Positions 23,501 through 48,410 are shown, numbered from the stretch's first letter. The stretch: 63,165 bases of DNA from Antechinus flavipes (GCF_016432865.1 NC_067403.1:257486001-257549165), one strand, 5' to 3'. The notes: generated from the sequence alone by a model not told the origin. Translations and numbers: made by a program.

Positions 23501-24642
23501 TATAAAGGTTCTCTCTGGGGGAGAGCAGGTTTCTCGGGGAGGTTTTCTGGAGGCAGCCTTAGTTTCAGTTGAAAGTAATAATCACCCAAATACAGCCAGG
23601 TGCTGAAAGTTCAAATCTTTTATTGATTCCTTCAATATTAACNNNNNNNNNNNNNNNNNNNNNNNNNNNNNNNNNNNNNNNNNNNNNNNNNNNNNNNNNN
23701 NNNNNNNNNNNNNNNNNNNNNNNNNNNNNNNNNNNNNNNNNNNNNNNNNNNNNNNNNNNNNNNNNNNNNNNNNNNNNNNNNNNNNNNNNNNNNNNNNNNN
23801 NNNNNNNNNNNNNNNNNNNNNNNNNNNNNNNNNNNNNNNNNNNNNNNNNNNNNNNNNNNNNNNNNNNNNNNNNNNNNNNNNNNNNNNNNNNNNNNNNNNN
23901 NNNNNNNNNNNNNNNNNNNNNNNNNNNNNNNNNNNNNNNNNNNNNNNNNNNNNNNNNNNNNNNNNNNNNNNNNNNNNNNNNNNNNNNNNNNNNNNNNNNN
24001 NNNNNNNNNNNNNNNNNNNNNNNNNNNNNNNNNNNNNNNNNTCTTCTTTCTCTCTTCTCTCTCTCTTCTCTTTCTTCTCTCTCTTCTCTCTCTCCTCTCT
24101 CTTCTATCTCTCCCTTCTCTCTCTCCTCTCTCTCTCTCTCTCCCTCCTTGGTTCTAAGAGCTCTTGCAGCTTTGTCCTTTGCTTCTGCCTCTGCCTCCAG
24201 CCAGCACCAAGGTAAATGTTGTAATGAATCCTTCTTGCTTCCGAGAGAGGGCTTCTGGCTCTCCCAGAATGCTCTGTGTCCGGCCCAGAGTGCTTCTCTC
24301 CAATCTAATTCAGCCGAACAACCACGAGTCTGCTTCTTATATATCATCTCCCAAAGGTTGACTCCTTCTTCTGGAGGCACACCTAAAGGGAGGCCTGAAT
24401 TCACAAACTTACAAAGTTTACTTTGTGACTCTCCCATACTTGTGAACTCCAAGGAGTACTTAAATACTTCTTGATTATATGAGCTCTCTAAAGGTGTGAA
24501 CACAAGCATTGTATCAACTAGTTCTACTTAGTGCCTTGTTTCAGGTTCTGGCCCAAAACATCTCCTTGTAAGATTAGATCAAGGATCCTGAACTGTGCTA
24601 AATTAGATAATTATCGTTTCTATCAACTCTAATGACTTAACA
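23501..24642 (-). mobile_element. Probable solo ERV LTR, interrupted by an N gap and a CT microsatellite
   Basis: On the minus strand it starts TGTTAAG at 24642, has a TATA-like atatataa (24337-24344) and AATAAA (23619-23624) in LTR order, and is AT-richer than its flanks. No clean TSD found, and the left boundary is approximate. Confidence 0.55.
23643..24041. other. Assembly gap (N run). Other gaps: 25765-25910, 56470-57293, 62028-62168
   Basis: Runs of n in the sequence. Confidence 1.
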
Positions 24643-24685
24643 ATTTGGAAAGATTCCAACAAGCTCCATATTTTTTTTGTTTTTC

Positions 24686-24875
24686 TCAAAAGATGTGTTT
24701 GTGTGTGTGTTTGTAAGTGTAAGTGTGTTTGTGTGTGTAAATGTGTGTGTACGTGTGTGTTTATATGTATGTGTTTGTATGTACGTGTGTAAGTGTGCGT
24801 GTTTGTGTGTATGTGTACATGTGTGTAAGTGTGTGTGTGTGTAACTGTGTAAGTGTGTGTGTGTGTGTGTGTAAG
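24686..24875. repeat. Degenerate (TG)n microsatellite
   Basis: Visible tgtgtg/tgta array. Confidence 0.9.
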
Positions 24876-25324
24876 TGTAATCCCAAGATGGCTTTATGGA
24901 AGATTGTAGATCCTTGAGAGAAGGAGAAAAGGAGAAGTCTCTGGATTGGTTTTGGCCACCGTGCAGCCCGGACACTGAGTGGTCTCACGTATTTTTGGTG
25001 GGGTGGGTCCTTGCCCCAGAGCGGGGCCCTTTGACCTGTGTCTATGGAGCCATATTCTGAGATGCTCAGAGACATGGAGACAATGAGCCAAAGAGAAGAA
25101 AGAGTTAAGACAGAATCGGGCTCTGCAGAGTCGGAGAGAGCAGTCCTGGGCCCAGCTTTCAGAGGTGAGGGCCCTGCCTCCCAGAGTCAGCCTCTTCCCG
25201 GATCTTGGAAGATGGAAGCGAATGAGAGAAAGCCCCCAGGGCTGGGGGGGGAGGGGGGGAGAGGGGGGGAGGGGCCCTTTCATGTACCTCTCCGGTCATG
25301 CTCAATTGCCATCCCTGGTGAGAC

Positions 25325-25515
25325 TTAGTAAAAGATACATAATATCCCCCGAGGAAGTCATTAACGAAAGAAGGGCTCCTTAGATACCAAATATTTATAG
25401 CAGGACTTTTTGCGGTGGCAGAGACTTGGCAACAACGTTGCCTCGCACTGGCCTTGGCAACAGCCAAGCCAGTCTGGCCCGCAATGGAACAATGTTGCGG
25501 TGTAAGAGACAGTAA
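25325..25515 (+). mobile_element. Old LINE-1 ORF2 3' fragment
   Basis: ataccaaatatttatagcaggactttttgcggtggcagagacttgg...aatggaacaatgttgcggtgtaagagac resembles the L1 ORF2 end. Confidence 0.55.
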
Positions 25516-25910
25516 ACAAAGACTGGAAACAGAAACAGAGAAGCAGGGGAAGAGTTACATGCAAGGGTACAGAGACAGAAGCCGGGTACAGAGACAGAAG
25601 CCGGGTACAGAGACAGAAGCCGGCTGCAAAACCAGAGACACTCTAATGATGACGTGGAAAAAAAGAACAACCAGAAAAGCAACTGAAACCAAAGCGAGGC
25701 AGGAGCTGTCTCTCAAAGAAGAGCTAGGAAGAGACGCCTCCCCCCACTCCTTTGCTCCCTGCATNNNNNNNNNNNNNNNNNNNNNNNNNNNNNNNNNNNN
25801 NNNNNNNNNNNNNNNNNNNNNNNNNNNNNNNNNNNNNNNNNNNNNNNNNNNNNNNNNNNNNNNNNNNNNNNNNNNNNNNNNNNNNNNNNNNNNNNNNNNN
25901 NNNNNNNNNN

Positions 25911-26020
25911 TAACTCACCCAGGGTCACCCAGCTAAGAAGGTTTTAAGTGTCTGGGGCTGGATTTGAACTCAGGTCCTCCTGACTTCAGGGCCGATGCTC
26001 TCTCTCCATCGCCCTACCAA
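25911..26020 (-). mobile_element. WSINE1-type tRNA-derived SINE
   Basis: cccagggtcacccagcta...taagtgtct...gatttgaactcaggtcctcctgacttcagg...agctgcccc. Confidence 0.8.
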
Positions 26021-26866
26021 GCTGCCCCTATTTTTTTTCCTATATGTTGATCAGTTTTGCCATTTTTTCCTTTGCTTCCTCTCTTCAAAAACTGTTCTAA
26101 GGGATGGCTCCCTGGGAGTGAGGAGGGACTGAAGGGAGAAATCGAATCAATGGAAAAACAAAAGAGATCAATCATGGATCAGCCATCGACCAATCAATCA
26201 AAGCCGGCTCCTTTAAAAAAGCACAAAGCCCTGTGGCGCTGACCCCTGCTGGCCTTGGCTTTGGAAGTTTGTCTTTTTCTGACCACAGGGCACTGGGCAG
26301 GGGGACGGGAGCACGGTGGGATCCCGGGGCCCCGACTAAGGGCAAGAGATTGGTTGGTTCTCCTTGACCTCCAGTAAGGAAGGGAGGCAACATCTGCAGA
26401 GGGGAATGGGATGAGACTACCGTGGTGACTGGATGGCAGAAAGTCTTTGGCTGTGTCTGCCCTCCCCCTCCCCTCCCCCCACCATTCCCTACAAGACCCG
26501 AGAGGTCAGAAGGGGACAGGAGTTGGTCACCCAGAGTTTACCTGCCGGCTATCCCCGCCGCGGGGATGCTGATAGTGCTACCCTTCCCTAGATCACGGAG
26601 TCTCAGCCCCTTATTTGCAAGAAGAGGAAACTGAGGCTAGTCAGGTTATGACAGAATTTGAACCCAGCCCTTCTTGGCTTCCAACGTGACCCAATGCTGC
26701 GAGAGTGATGTTGAGGAAATGGGTGGGAGGATGAGCCAAGAGAGCATTATGAGTCATTGTTGAAATGATTATTTACCTGATTCTGAAGACCAATAGGAGG
26801 GAAGATCTAGAGAGGGCTGCAAATTACCTGCACATGCTCAGTGGAAGATAACCGGGATAGGAAGAT

Positions 26867-26885
26867 GAGCGCCACCTGGTGGCCC
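26867..26885 (-). promoter_or_regulatory. CTCF binding motif
   Basis: Minus strand reads GGGCCACCAGGTGGCGCTC, a near-perfect match to the CCACCAGGGGGCGC core. Confidence 0.75.
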
Positions 26886-27294
26886 AGGGAGATGCTCCGA
26901 GGCCCATTAGGAGTTATCAAGTAACCTTGTCCCAGTAGTACCGGCTGTCGCTAAGCTGGGGCCAAAGTACATCTTATTAAACCTCAGAGGGTACTTAAGT
27001 CTCTCGGCTCTGTGTCAAGAGTCCGTAAACATTTGCTAAGTGCTGCGAGGCCCGGGCTGGCTTTCTGGAGGCCTCCGGAAGGTCTCGGCCGGACAGTCCC
27101 CGCGAGGACCGACGAGTCGAGTCCAAAGTCTTCCTTGTCCCTTCCCAGCCTGACCCAGTCTCCTCCGGCGGTCTGCTTCCTGTCCCCTTCTCATCTACCT
27201 TATGACAATGACGTGTGGAACTTGGAGAACCATGACCTCACCGCGCTAAGTACTAAGTACTTAATTGTCTCATCGGCTCCTCTGAGTTAACGCC

Positions 27295-28900
27295 ACACAC
27301 CGTGTGCCAGGCACTGGGGATACTGAGGCAAAGGACAGCCCCTGCCCTCAAAAAGCTCAGTCTAACAGGAGAGACTACGAGAAAACAACCTTGTAGAAAA
27401 AAGGAGCGATGTAAAAAAAAAAAAAAAAAGGAGCAACATAACGAGATAAATGGGCTAGGATTCAAAGAGAGAAGACATTTCAATAAAGAGGCGATGGGAA
27501 AGGCTGCCTGTAGAATATGGGACTTGAGGAGAGCCAAGGAAGTTAGGGAGGAGGAGAGGAAAAGGGAGAGAGCGTTCCAGGCATGGAAGAGAGCCAGGGA
27601 AAATTCCTGGAGCTGGGAGATGGAGGGGCTCGTCTGTGAAACAGCCGGGATTGGGCTGTCAATAGATCAAAGAGCATGTGTTGGAGAGTGACGCGTGAGA
27701 AGGCTAGACAGGTAGGTGGGAGCAAATAATAAAGGATTCTGAACGCCAGACAGGATTTTGGATTTGACCCTGAGAGTGATGGGGAGCCACTGGAGTTTAA
27801 TGAGTGGGAGCAGGGTTCAGGAGAGTAAGGTGACATGATCTGACCTGCACTTTAGGAAAATTATTTCAGTGGCTTGAATAGAAGATAGATTGGAGTAGGG
27901 GGAGACTTGAAACAGGCAGACAACGCCCCCCTCCCCCATCCCAGCAGTTACCATAATAGTCCAGGGGGAGTCCAAGGTGAAGGTCATGTTAGAGAAGAAG
28001 AAGAGGGAGTAGGAGACATGGTACAAAGGTGAAACTGGATCTGGGGGTTTCGAGAAGTGAGAAGCCAGCCTAGGGGACTGGGAGCACCGTAGTGCCCTTG
28101 ACTGGATTAGAAAATCGAGGGGGAAAGGGGTTAGGGCAAAGAGGCTACGCTCTGTTCTGGGCACGTTGGGTTTGGACATCCAGGCCGAGATGCCCCAAAG
28201 GCCGTTGGGAAATGGGAGATGGGAGCTCTGTAGACAGGTGGGGGCAGGAGAGGGAGATTTGAGAATCATCAACTTAGAGATGATAATTAAATCCGGGGGA
28301 GCTGATGAGATCACTGAGTGAAACAGTCTAGAGGGAGGAGAGAAGGGAACCCAGGTCAGAGCCCTGAGGGATGTCTGAGGTCAGAGGGCACCATGGGGAA
28401 GAGGATCCAGCGAGCTTCCTGGGGAGGAGGAAGGCCCTGTCTGGGAAGATCAAAGAAAAGGGTTTGCTCAGTGAGGTCAGAGGCCGCAGAGAGGTCAGAG
28501 AGGATGAGCACTGGAAAAAGGTCATGAGCTTGGGCCATTTAAGAGACATTTGTAACTTTGGAGTTCTGGTGGATCGATAGGGAATGTGTATGTGAGGGGA
28601 GGGGGGCACAAAAAAGCAAAGGGGAAAAAGCGGAGGCGCCTACTGCAGATGGAGTCTAGCCCAGGGCACAGAAGGGGGCCGGGATGGCAGTCACGGGGCC
28701 GAGAGGATCGACTGCAGGCTTCTTGAAGGGAGGGAAGCCGCGGGCGTGTCTGTGGGCAGCAGGGAAGGAGCCAGCGGTCAGGGAGAGAGCCCACGTGATG
28801 GAGTGGGGCCATCTGTTGGAGGAGAGGGTAGAGGATGGGGTCCATTGAGCGGGCAGGGTTAGTCGGCGGCCCAGGTAGATGCCCAGCAGGAGCGGGTGAG
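27295..28900 (-). mobile_element. LINE-2 (L2) remnant
   Basis: Begins gtgtgccaggcactgggga...ccctgccctcaaaaagctc, then typical purine-rich L2 blocks (ggggagccactggag, gacatgatctgacctgcactttaggaaaat, gatttgagaatcatcaac, gaacccaggtcagagccctgaggga). Right boundary approximate. Confidence 0.75.
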
Positions 28901-29183
28901 GGCTGGCCTCCATTTGTCCCCTAGGCAGGGCTCCCAGCTGAGAGGGCAGGGGAGGGGAGCAGCCTGTTTCCCCATCCGCCCTTTCAGGCCGCCACTCCCC
29001 TCATTTGCTGCATAGCGCCTTCTGTGACTCACCACTGCCCGCCTTACTTCGCCTTTTTTTCTCTAGCCCTCTTCTCTCCACAAGAATGGGTCAGCTCGGG
29101 CCCCCTTCTCATTCCCCTGATTTCAAACCAAAGGGCCCCGAACCACCACGAAACTGTCTCCCCTCCTCCTGTCGGCCCGTGTC

Positions 29184-29330
29184 GGACCGTAGGCCGTGGC
29201 CCCTGTGGGACTGTAGGCCGTGGCTCCTGTGGGACCGTAGGCCGTGGCTCTGGTTGGACTGTAAGCCAGCTGAGGGCAAAGACTGTCTCTGCTCTTGGAT
29301 TTGTGTCCCTAGAACTCGGCAGATGAAGTG
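29184..29330 (+). repeat. Three copies of a 24-bp repeat running into an L2 3' tail
   Basis: ggaccgtaggccgtggcccctgtg at 29184, 29208 and 29232. The fourth unit at 29256 continues as ggactgtaagccagctgagggcaaagactgtc, which is L2-tail-like. Confidence 0.8.
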
Positions 29331-29354
29331 CCAGGCCTGTAGTCGGGAATGATA

Positions 29355-29490
29355 TGGATTCAAATCCAGCCTCTGACACTCACTGGCTCCCCATCATTTG
29401 CCTCAGTTTCCTGATCTGAAAGGAGATGACAAGAGACCCCGGATTTGGCCAGAAAAGCCCAGATGGGATCCCGGGGCCGGACACAACTAG
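29355..29490 (+). mobile_element. MAR1-type SINE, GC-shifted
   Basis: ggattcaaatccagcctctgacact...gcctcagtttcc...gaaaagcccagatgggatccc...cggacacaac. Confidence 0.6.
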
Positions 29491-30724
29491 GTTTATAAAA
29501 CGATTCTCGCTCCCCGGGGCTGTTCTGGATCCTGCTCTGCTCCGGCCATCCCCTTCTCTTCCCGGACCCGGCCTGGATAAGGGGGCAACAGCTGGCTTCC
29601 CACAGGAGCAGACTTCATAAACTGCAGCGTGTGAATCAGCTCGAGCCATGGAGGCACGCCCCCCCCCCCCCCCACCTGAACCCCACTCCCATCTCAGGGC
29701 CCTTGGAAAGCTGCGGCTAACTCTAAGGTGACTGGGATGGACTAACCCAAGGCGGCCCAGCTAGGACTTAGTCCGCCCCCCCAAAACCCTGGGAAAAGAC
29801 CCCCGGGCTCCTGCTGCGAACCCTACATGCCGCTCGGGGCCCCCTACGTGCGGGAGTGACTTTGGGGCTACTTCCCACTGCCTCCCTCCTCCTCCCCGCC
29901 CGCAGCCTCCGCGGTAATTAGCATGCGGCGGCACTCCCTCCCGCTGTCATCTCGGTGGCTCCCAGCGATGACCCGAGGAACCAGCCGGGCCTGCCCCCAT
30001 TTCGTAATTGGAAGCTTCCTCCTAAGTCCCAGCAGCGGAGGGGGAGGCTGAGGCCGGACGTCCTGCACCCTCCCCCCGCCCGGCCCGAAGGGGCTTCCCT
30101 GGAGCTCCGGAGGCTCCCTCAGGTCGCCAGGGGCTTAAGGACCTCCGCCTGCGTTGATTGACTGATTGATTGATTGATGGGATTAGGACTCCCCCCCAGC
30201 CCAGCCCCGCCCGGGGCGGCGGCCGCGGAGCTGCTTTTTGTCCCGGGGCGGCGGACGCCCGGCAGATCCCCACCCACCGCCCGGAGACGCGGCCCCGCGC
30301 TCGCGTGAGAACTCCGGCCGGGAAGTGTGTCCCCCGGCCCGCGCCGGGGAGCGGACCAGATCCGAGCCGGAGGCCGACCAAGCGCAAGTGAGCGGGCCGA
30401 GCCGCGGGACCCAGCCCAGCCGACTGCGCCGAGCGGGGCGCCGGGGACGCCAAGGTTCGGGACTGACGCGATCGGGCGGGGGAGGGGACCGAGAGCGCGC
30501 CTCAGCCCAGCTCCCGGGCCCGGGCCGAACTCGAACTCCCACAAGCCCCCGGGAAGGACGCCACCTCCCTTCCGGGCCGTGTAGGCGGTGGGAGGTGGCG
30601 GAGCGGGGCCGGCTCGGGGTGACCGTGACGCCCTCACGCAGAGGCGCACGCGCTCGGCCGGCCCAGCGGGCGGGGGGACGCGGGGGGACGCGGGGGGACG
30701 CGGGGCGCCGGCGCCCGGGCCGCC

Positions 30725-38319
<7,595 letters not shown>

Positions 38320-38563
38320 AGGGGCCGCCGCGTGTCCCAGCCACCCTCGAACTCTGATCCCCGCCTCCCCTTGACCCCTCGAAAGGATTTCCTGGCATTG
38401 GCCTGGAAGTGCTGTAGGCCCCTTGGGCCAGGCTGAATGAAGTGCCCTTGGGGGCGGGGAGGCACCTTTTGCACAGAATCATGGGAACGGACTGCTGCAG
38501 CCTCAGTGGGCAGCGAGTGCCCCCTCCCCCCCCCGCCCGGCTGCTGGGCTGCGGCTTTTAGCA

Positions 38564-38569
38564 AATAAA
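38564..38569 (+). terminator. RPS6KB2 poly(A) signal
   Basis: AATAAA 245 nt after the stop codon. Confidence 0.8.
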
Positions 38570-38762
38570 TATTGGAATCGTGGCCGCTGCCGAGACCTCG
38601 TCCTTTCCTGTGAAGGGGGCGGGAGCTCAGGGCCCCCCATCTGTCCCGGGCTCGTGGGGAGCCCCTCACGGAGCTGGCGTTTGGGGTCTGGGTGCCCGCC
38701 CTACAGAGTTTGGGGTGGGGGTGGGGGCCTAGAAAAGCACAGAGGAGTCCAGCGGAGGAGCC

Positions 38763-38768
38763 TTTATT
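38763..38768 (-). terminator. PTPRCAP poly(A) signal
   Basis: TTTATT on the + strand (AATAAA on minus), about 290 nt after the stop codon. Confidence 0.8.
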
Positions 38769-39057
38769 TCAGAAGGGGCCGTCCTCCCCCCGTGCTGGAG
38801 CTGGATGGAGCTTCCGCCCCGCACCCACAAGCTCAGTGGTCTCAGTCTGGGGGGGGGGGGGGCACTGCTTTGTGCCGCACAGTCTGGAGGCTGGGGCTGG
38901 GCACCGATCCCGGGTCAGGGGGGCGCCCCCACCCCTTCAGGACCAGGGGAACCGCTGTGGAGTCTGGGGGCGGGGCAGGCTGGGCGGGCCCCGTGTATCC
39001 CCCTGTGCCTATTGGGCCGGAGATGGGCATCAGGGAGGCGAAGCCGGACCCCCGCGC

Positions 39058-40678
39058 CTAGAGCGCCGTGACGCTGAGGCCGTGGCCCCCCTCCGTGCCC
39101 GCCCCGTCCTCCCAGGCTGCACTGCCCGAGAAAGCGTGGAGGTCGCTGAGCAGGGCCCCGGCGCTGCCCCGGGCCTCAGAGAGCTGGGTCCCGGAGCTTC
39201 CCCCGGCCTCGGAGGGCTGGGTCCCGGAGCTGGACCCGGCGCTGCCCCCCGCCTCGGAGGGCTGCGCCTGGGGGCCTTCCTTGGCCTCCCCCCCGCTCGC
39301 CTCCAGGCCCTGGGAGCCGCCGGGCCCTCCATCCTCGGGCTTCTGCTCCGGCTGCTGCCCGTGCTCCCCGTCTGGCTCCAGATCCTCCTCCTCCTCCTCC
39401 TCCTCCTCCTCCTCCTCGTCCTCGTCCTCGTCCTCCTGCTTCTCCACGCTGTCCTGGAGCTCTTCCACGGCCGAGCCTCGGAGCCAGCGGGTCAGGCCCG
39501 AGGCGCGCAGCAGCCGGCGGGCGCGCCGGCCCAGGGAGGAGCCCAGGCGGGTGGGGTGGTAGTGGCCCCCCGACTCCCGGTTGAGGTGGTACCAGGCCAG
39601 GGCCAAGGCCGCCAGGAGCAGCAGCAGCAGCAGCACCAGCAGCCACACGGTGACCGAGTTGGGGGAGCCGCTTCCCTCGGAGCCCCGCGCCCCCGGCAGG
39701 GCCACCAGCGCCGCCACAAGGCCCAGCCTGCACCGCGCCTGTGGGGAGGGAGGAGGGAAAGGTGGGCGGGGGCCGGGGCCGGGCCCCTCTGGCCCCCGAC
39801 CGCCGCCCGCTCGCCGAGATCCAGCCTCGGTTCTCTCGTCGGCAGAACGGGGCGTGACGGTGCAGACGGGGTCTCGCGGGAGCGAGACGAGGTGGGAAGG
39901 ACCAGGTTTACAGCGTGGCCCGGGGGGGGCTCCCCGAAAACACCAGCCCCCCCGGCGTCCGTGCCCACATCCTTCTCAGAAGGGCCCCGGCCCTCGCCAG
40001 CTCTGAAACTGGGCCGTCCCGTCTGACCCTCAGTTTCTTCCTCTGTAAAAGGGGCGCGCGCTCTCTAGGGGGAGCACAGGGACACAAGCTGGCAGCGGCT
40101 GTCGGGCCCCTCCCCCGAGGGCTCCCCGGAGACGGAGGCCCGAGCAGGGCGGGGGTGGGGGCTGGCACTGGGCATTTCCTGCCTCGCCCCCCACGGGCCT
40201 GGGAGCCTCCCCGAGCTCTCTGCTTAGCACGTCCTCCCTGCCCCCCCAGCATGTGACCGAGCCCACTGCCGCCTGGGCCGCCTCCGTGAGAGGAAGCTTG
40301 CGGTCGGAACAGCAGGTGGGGCCTGCCCTGCTTGTGTGCTCGCGGGGGGGAGCAGAGCCGGGGCCCCCATTTCTGGCCCCTCGGAACGTGGGGGAGGGGC
40401 TCGGAGCCCCTTGGGCCCCGGGCCTCACGCGGGGAGGCCTGAGGAGCTGAGACTTGGGGCTCCTTCCTCGGTGACCCTTCGCCTCTGACCGCCCGGACCA
40501 CCTGCCGGTCCTGTCAGGTGCCAGGTACTCCCGGCCCGCGCTCCCCAAGGCCGGGTCCCGAGCAGGCCCTCGGAGACGGGGAGCAGGAGGCCCAGCCCTG
40601 GCCCCGCTCGGGGGCCCCTCCGCCCCGGTCCCTGGCGCCCCCGGCCCCCTCCTCGTCCCGGGCCCCCTCACTCACCAT
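39058..40678 (-). CDS. PTPRCAP: CD45-associated protein (LPAP), 227 aa, 2 coding exons
   Basis: ATG alone at 40678-40676 (ATG|gtgagt), then exon 39738-39058 (ccacag|GCG). Signal peptide ARCRLGLVAALVALPGARG, leucine-rich TM segment, ESGGHYHPTRL, and terminal LLSDLHAFSGSAAW...SVTAL*. Confidence 0.95.
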
Positions 40679-40797
40679 GTGGCCCTGCGGTCTCCGAGCG
40701 GACCCGGCTACTCTGGGGCGGAGAACTCCGGCCGTGGCGGGGCCCGAGCGCAGACTGGGCGAGGGAGGCCGGGACCGCGACCCGACTCACACTGGGG

Positions 40798-40811
40798 CTT
40801 CCGGCTTCCTG
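40798..40811 (-). promoter_or_regulatory. Tandem ETS sites in the PTPRCAP proximal promoter
   Basis: Minus strand CAGGAAGCCGGAAG, about 120 nt upstream of the ATG. Confidence 0.55.
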
Positions 40812-41869
40812 TGTCTTGCCCACCCCCTCCCCGAAGCTGGCAGGGGCCCGATGGTGGGGAGGGGGCGGGGCTGCCGAGGGGGGAGGCACACACTCCCTCA
40901 GGTCGGGGCCCAAGGCTTCTGGGGGGGGGGGCCAATCATGAAATTAGCAGAAACACCGCCCCCTCTCCCAGAGCTCACGTGCTGCCGAGCGAGACAAGGA
41001 TGTCAGGGGGAAATGGGGGGGAGGAACGGGGGTGGTGCAGGCCCGGAGCCCCGGGCGCAGGGGCCGCTGGTACCGAGGTGGGACGCGGGGATGGAGCGGA
41101 ACGGGCCCGGGCGCTGGGAGAAGTGGGGGGGCCTCCTGGTCGGTCGGGGGGTAACAGGGAGCCCCGGAAACTCATTGGGCGGAGCTGACCCGGTCGGGTC
41201 CAGGCCTGGGCGGATCACTGGCTGCCGGGTGCAGGATGCGCAGGATGTGCCACGGTCCAGGTGTGAGTGACTCACAGGGGCCACACTAGGCCCGGGCACC
41301 TGAGGGCCAGGCAGGGGGGCCGGGCTGGGGCCGCTGGGGGAGCGGGAGGGGAGCGGGCGGCCAACAGTGGCCCAGGGGGTGGAGACTCAGGGGGGCCCCT
41401 GAGCCAGACCCCCAAAGGCTGAGGGGAGCTGGAGGCCCGGGAGGGCGGCGTCCCCCAATCCCAGAGAGGAGGCCCGGGAGGGCGGCGTCCCCCAAACCCA
41501 GAGGGGAGGCCCGGGGGAGGGCAGTGCCCCCCAAATCTAGAGGAGGCCAGGAGAGAGCAGTGCCCTCAAGCCCCTGGAGACGGCGAGGAGGGAGAGTTTA
41601 GGAACTGGGGAAGCGAGTGGAGGACACTGGGAGAAAGAGGGAAGGACCGGGGGGAGACTTCAAGGTGCCGGAGCGCGGGCGTGCTTGTGGTAGAGGCGCC
41701 GCCGGGGGCAGAGATCGGGCTCAGGATGGGGGCTGGCGACAGGTGGGGGGCAGCAGAGCCGCAGATGTCATTTCCTCCCCCGGTCCCCAGGCGCGCCGCC
41801 CCCCTCTCCCTCCCCCCGCCCCGGGCCCCCCACAACAAAGGGCCAGCCGGCCGCATTCTTAGAAAGGTT

Positions 41870-41875
41870 TTTATT
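41870..41875 (-). terminator. CORO1B poly(A) signal
   Basis: TTTATT on the + strand, about 185 nt after the stop codon. Confidence 0.8.
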
Positions 41876-42060
41876 TGGAATGAAAATAGAGTCGGGCCCA
41901 CAACTTCCACCAGGGGAGCTCAGGGCAGCAGAGCAGAGTCTGGGTAAGTCTTGGGGGCTCGCGGGGGAGGGGGTGCCTCGGGGGCTCCTTGCCTGGGATA
42001 CATATAAAAAATTCTGGGTAACAAGTATAAAATGGTCCAGCCGGGAGGGGCCCCGGCCGG

Positions 42061-47548
<5,488 letters not shown>

Positions 47549-48287
47549 TTACGGATGGGGAAACTGAGGCCAGGAAGGAAAAGGGGCCTCCCCAGATTCA
47601 CTGCGGTGGCAAAGAGAAGAGTCAGGTCCTGAAGCAGTTCCCAGACTCCGGGTTTCCTGCAGGAGTTTCCACCACTGACTGACTAGTTTGACTTCTGTTT
47701 GATTTGGGCCACCTCTCTTTCCCGGAGTCTCAGTGTTCCTATCTATAAAATGGGGCCATCGCCCCCTTCTGCCTCCTTCCCTCCTACAGACAGAACTGGA
47801 GAAGGCCAAGGCTTCCTGGGGATTTTGGGAAGCCTTTCTTTAGCTGTCTGCAGGGACGGGAGTGGGGGTGGTGTTCCAGAAATCTCCTCCCAAGGCCTTG
47901 GAAAACAGGGCTGTCCTTAAACCACCTCCCGCAGCCCCCGAGCCGCTCCTCCGGCGCTCGCGCAGTCCGCAGCCTCGGACGGGCGCCCCTCTCCCAGGCC
48001 TGCTCCCGGCTAGACCCTTCTCTGCCTGGCTGGGGGGAGGGGAAGCCCCCCTCCCCCTCCTCCGGAGGAACTAGGCCAGGGCCCAGGCTCCCGCAGTGGG
48101 AAGGGGGGGGGCGGACGCAGATCTGCAGAGGCTGCGGCTGGAGGGAGGCAGGGGGGTCCCGCCCCCCCCAGACCCCCCCGTACCCCGCGCCCCGGGCGGC
48201 TCCGGGAAGGGCCCCGGGTCCCAGCGCGCGGGGAGGAGGGGCTGCCTCGGGAGGCCGCGCCCCCTCCCCAGCCCCGCCCCTGCTCAC

Positions 48288-48410
48288 CGGCGGGCGGGTG
48301 GGCGCCGCTCGCGCGGGACAGCGGGACCGAGTCCGAGTCCGAGTCCGAGTCCGGCGGCCGCTCTGGATCCCCAACTCTGGGAAGCAGGAAGCGGGAATCA
48401 GGAAGTGACC
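48288..48410 (-). promoter_or_regulatory. CORO1B: CORO1B non-coding exon 1 and ETS/initiator-rich start region in a CpG island
   Basis: Donor CCG|gtgagc at 48288. Cluster of GGAA motifs at 48380-48408 including TCACTTCCTG on minus. GC boxes upstream. The exon 2 acceptor lies 2 nt before the ATG. Confidence 0.7.

Noticed and set aside
25911-26020. tRNA-like A/B boxes in SINE heads
   Set aside because: These belong to tRNA-derived SINEs. No cloverleaf tRNA gene is seen.
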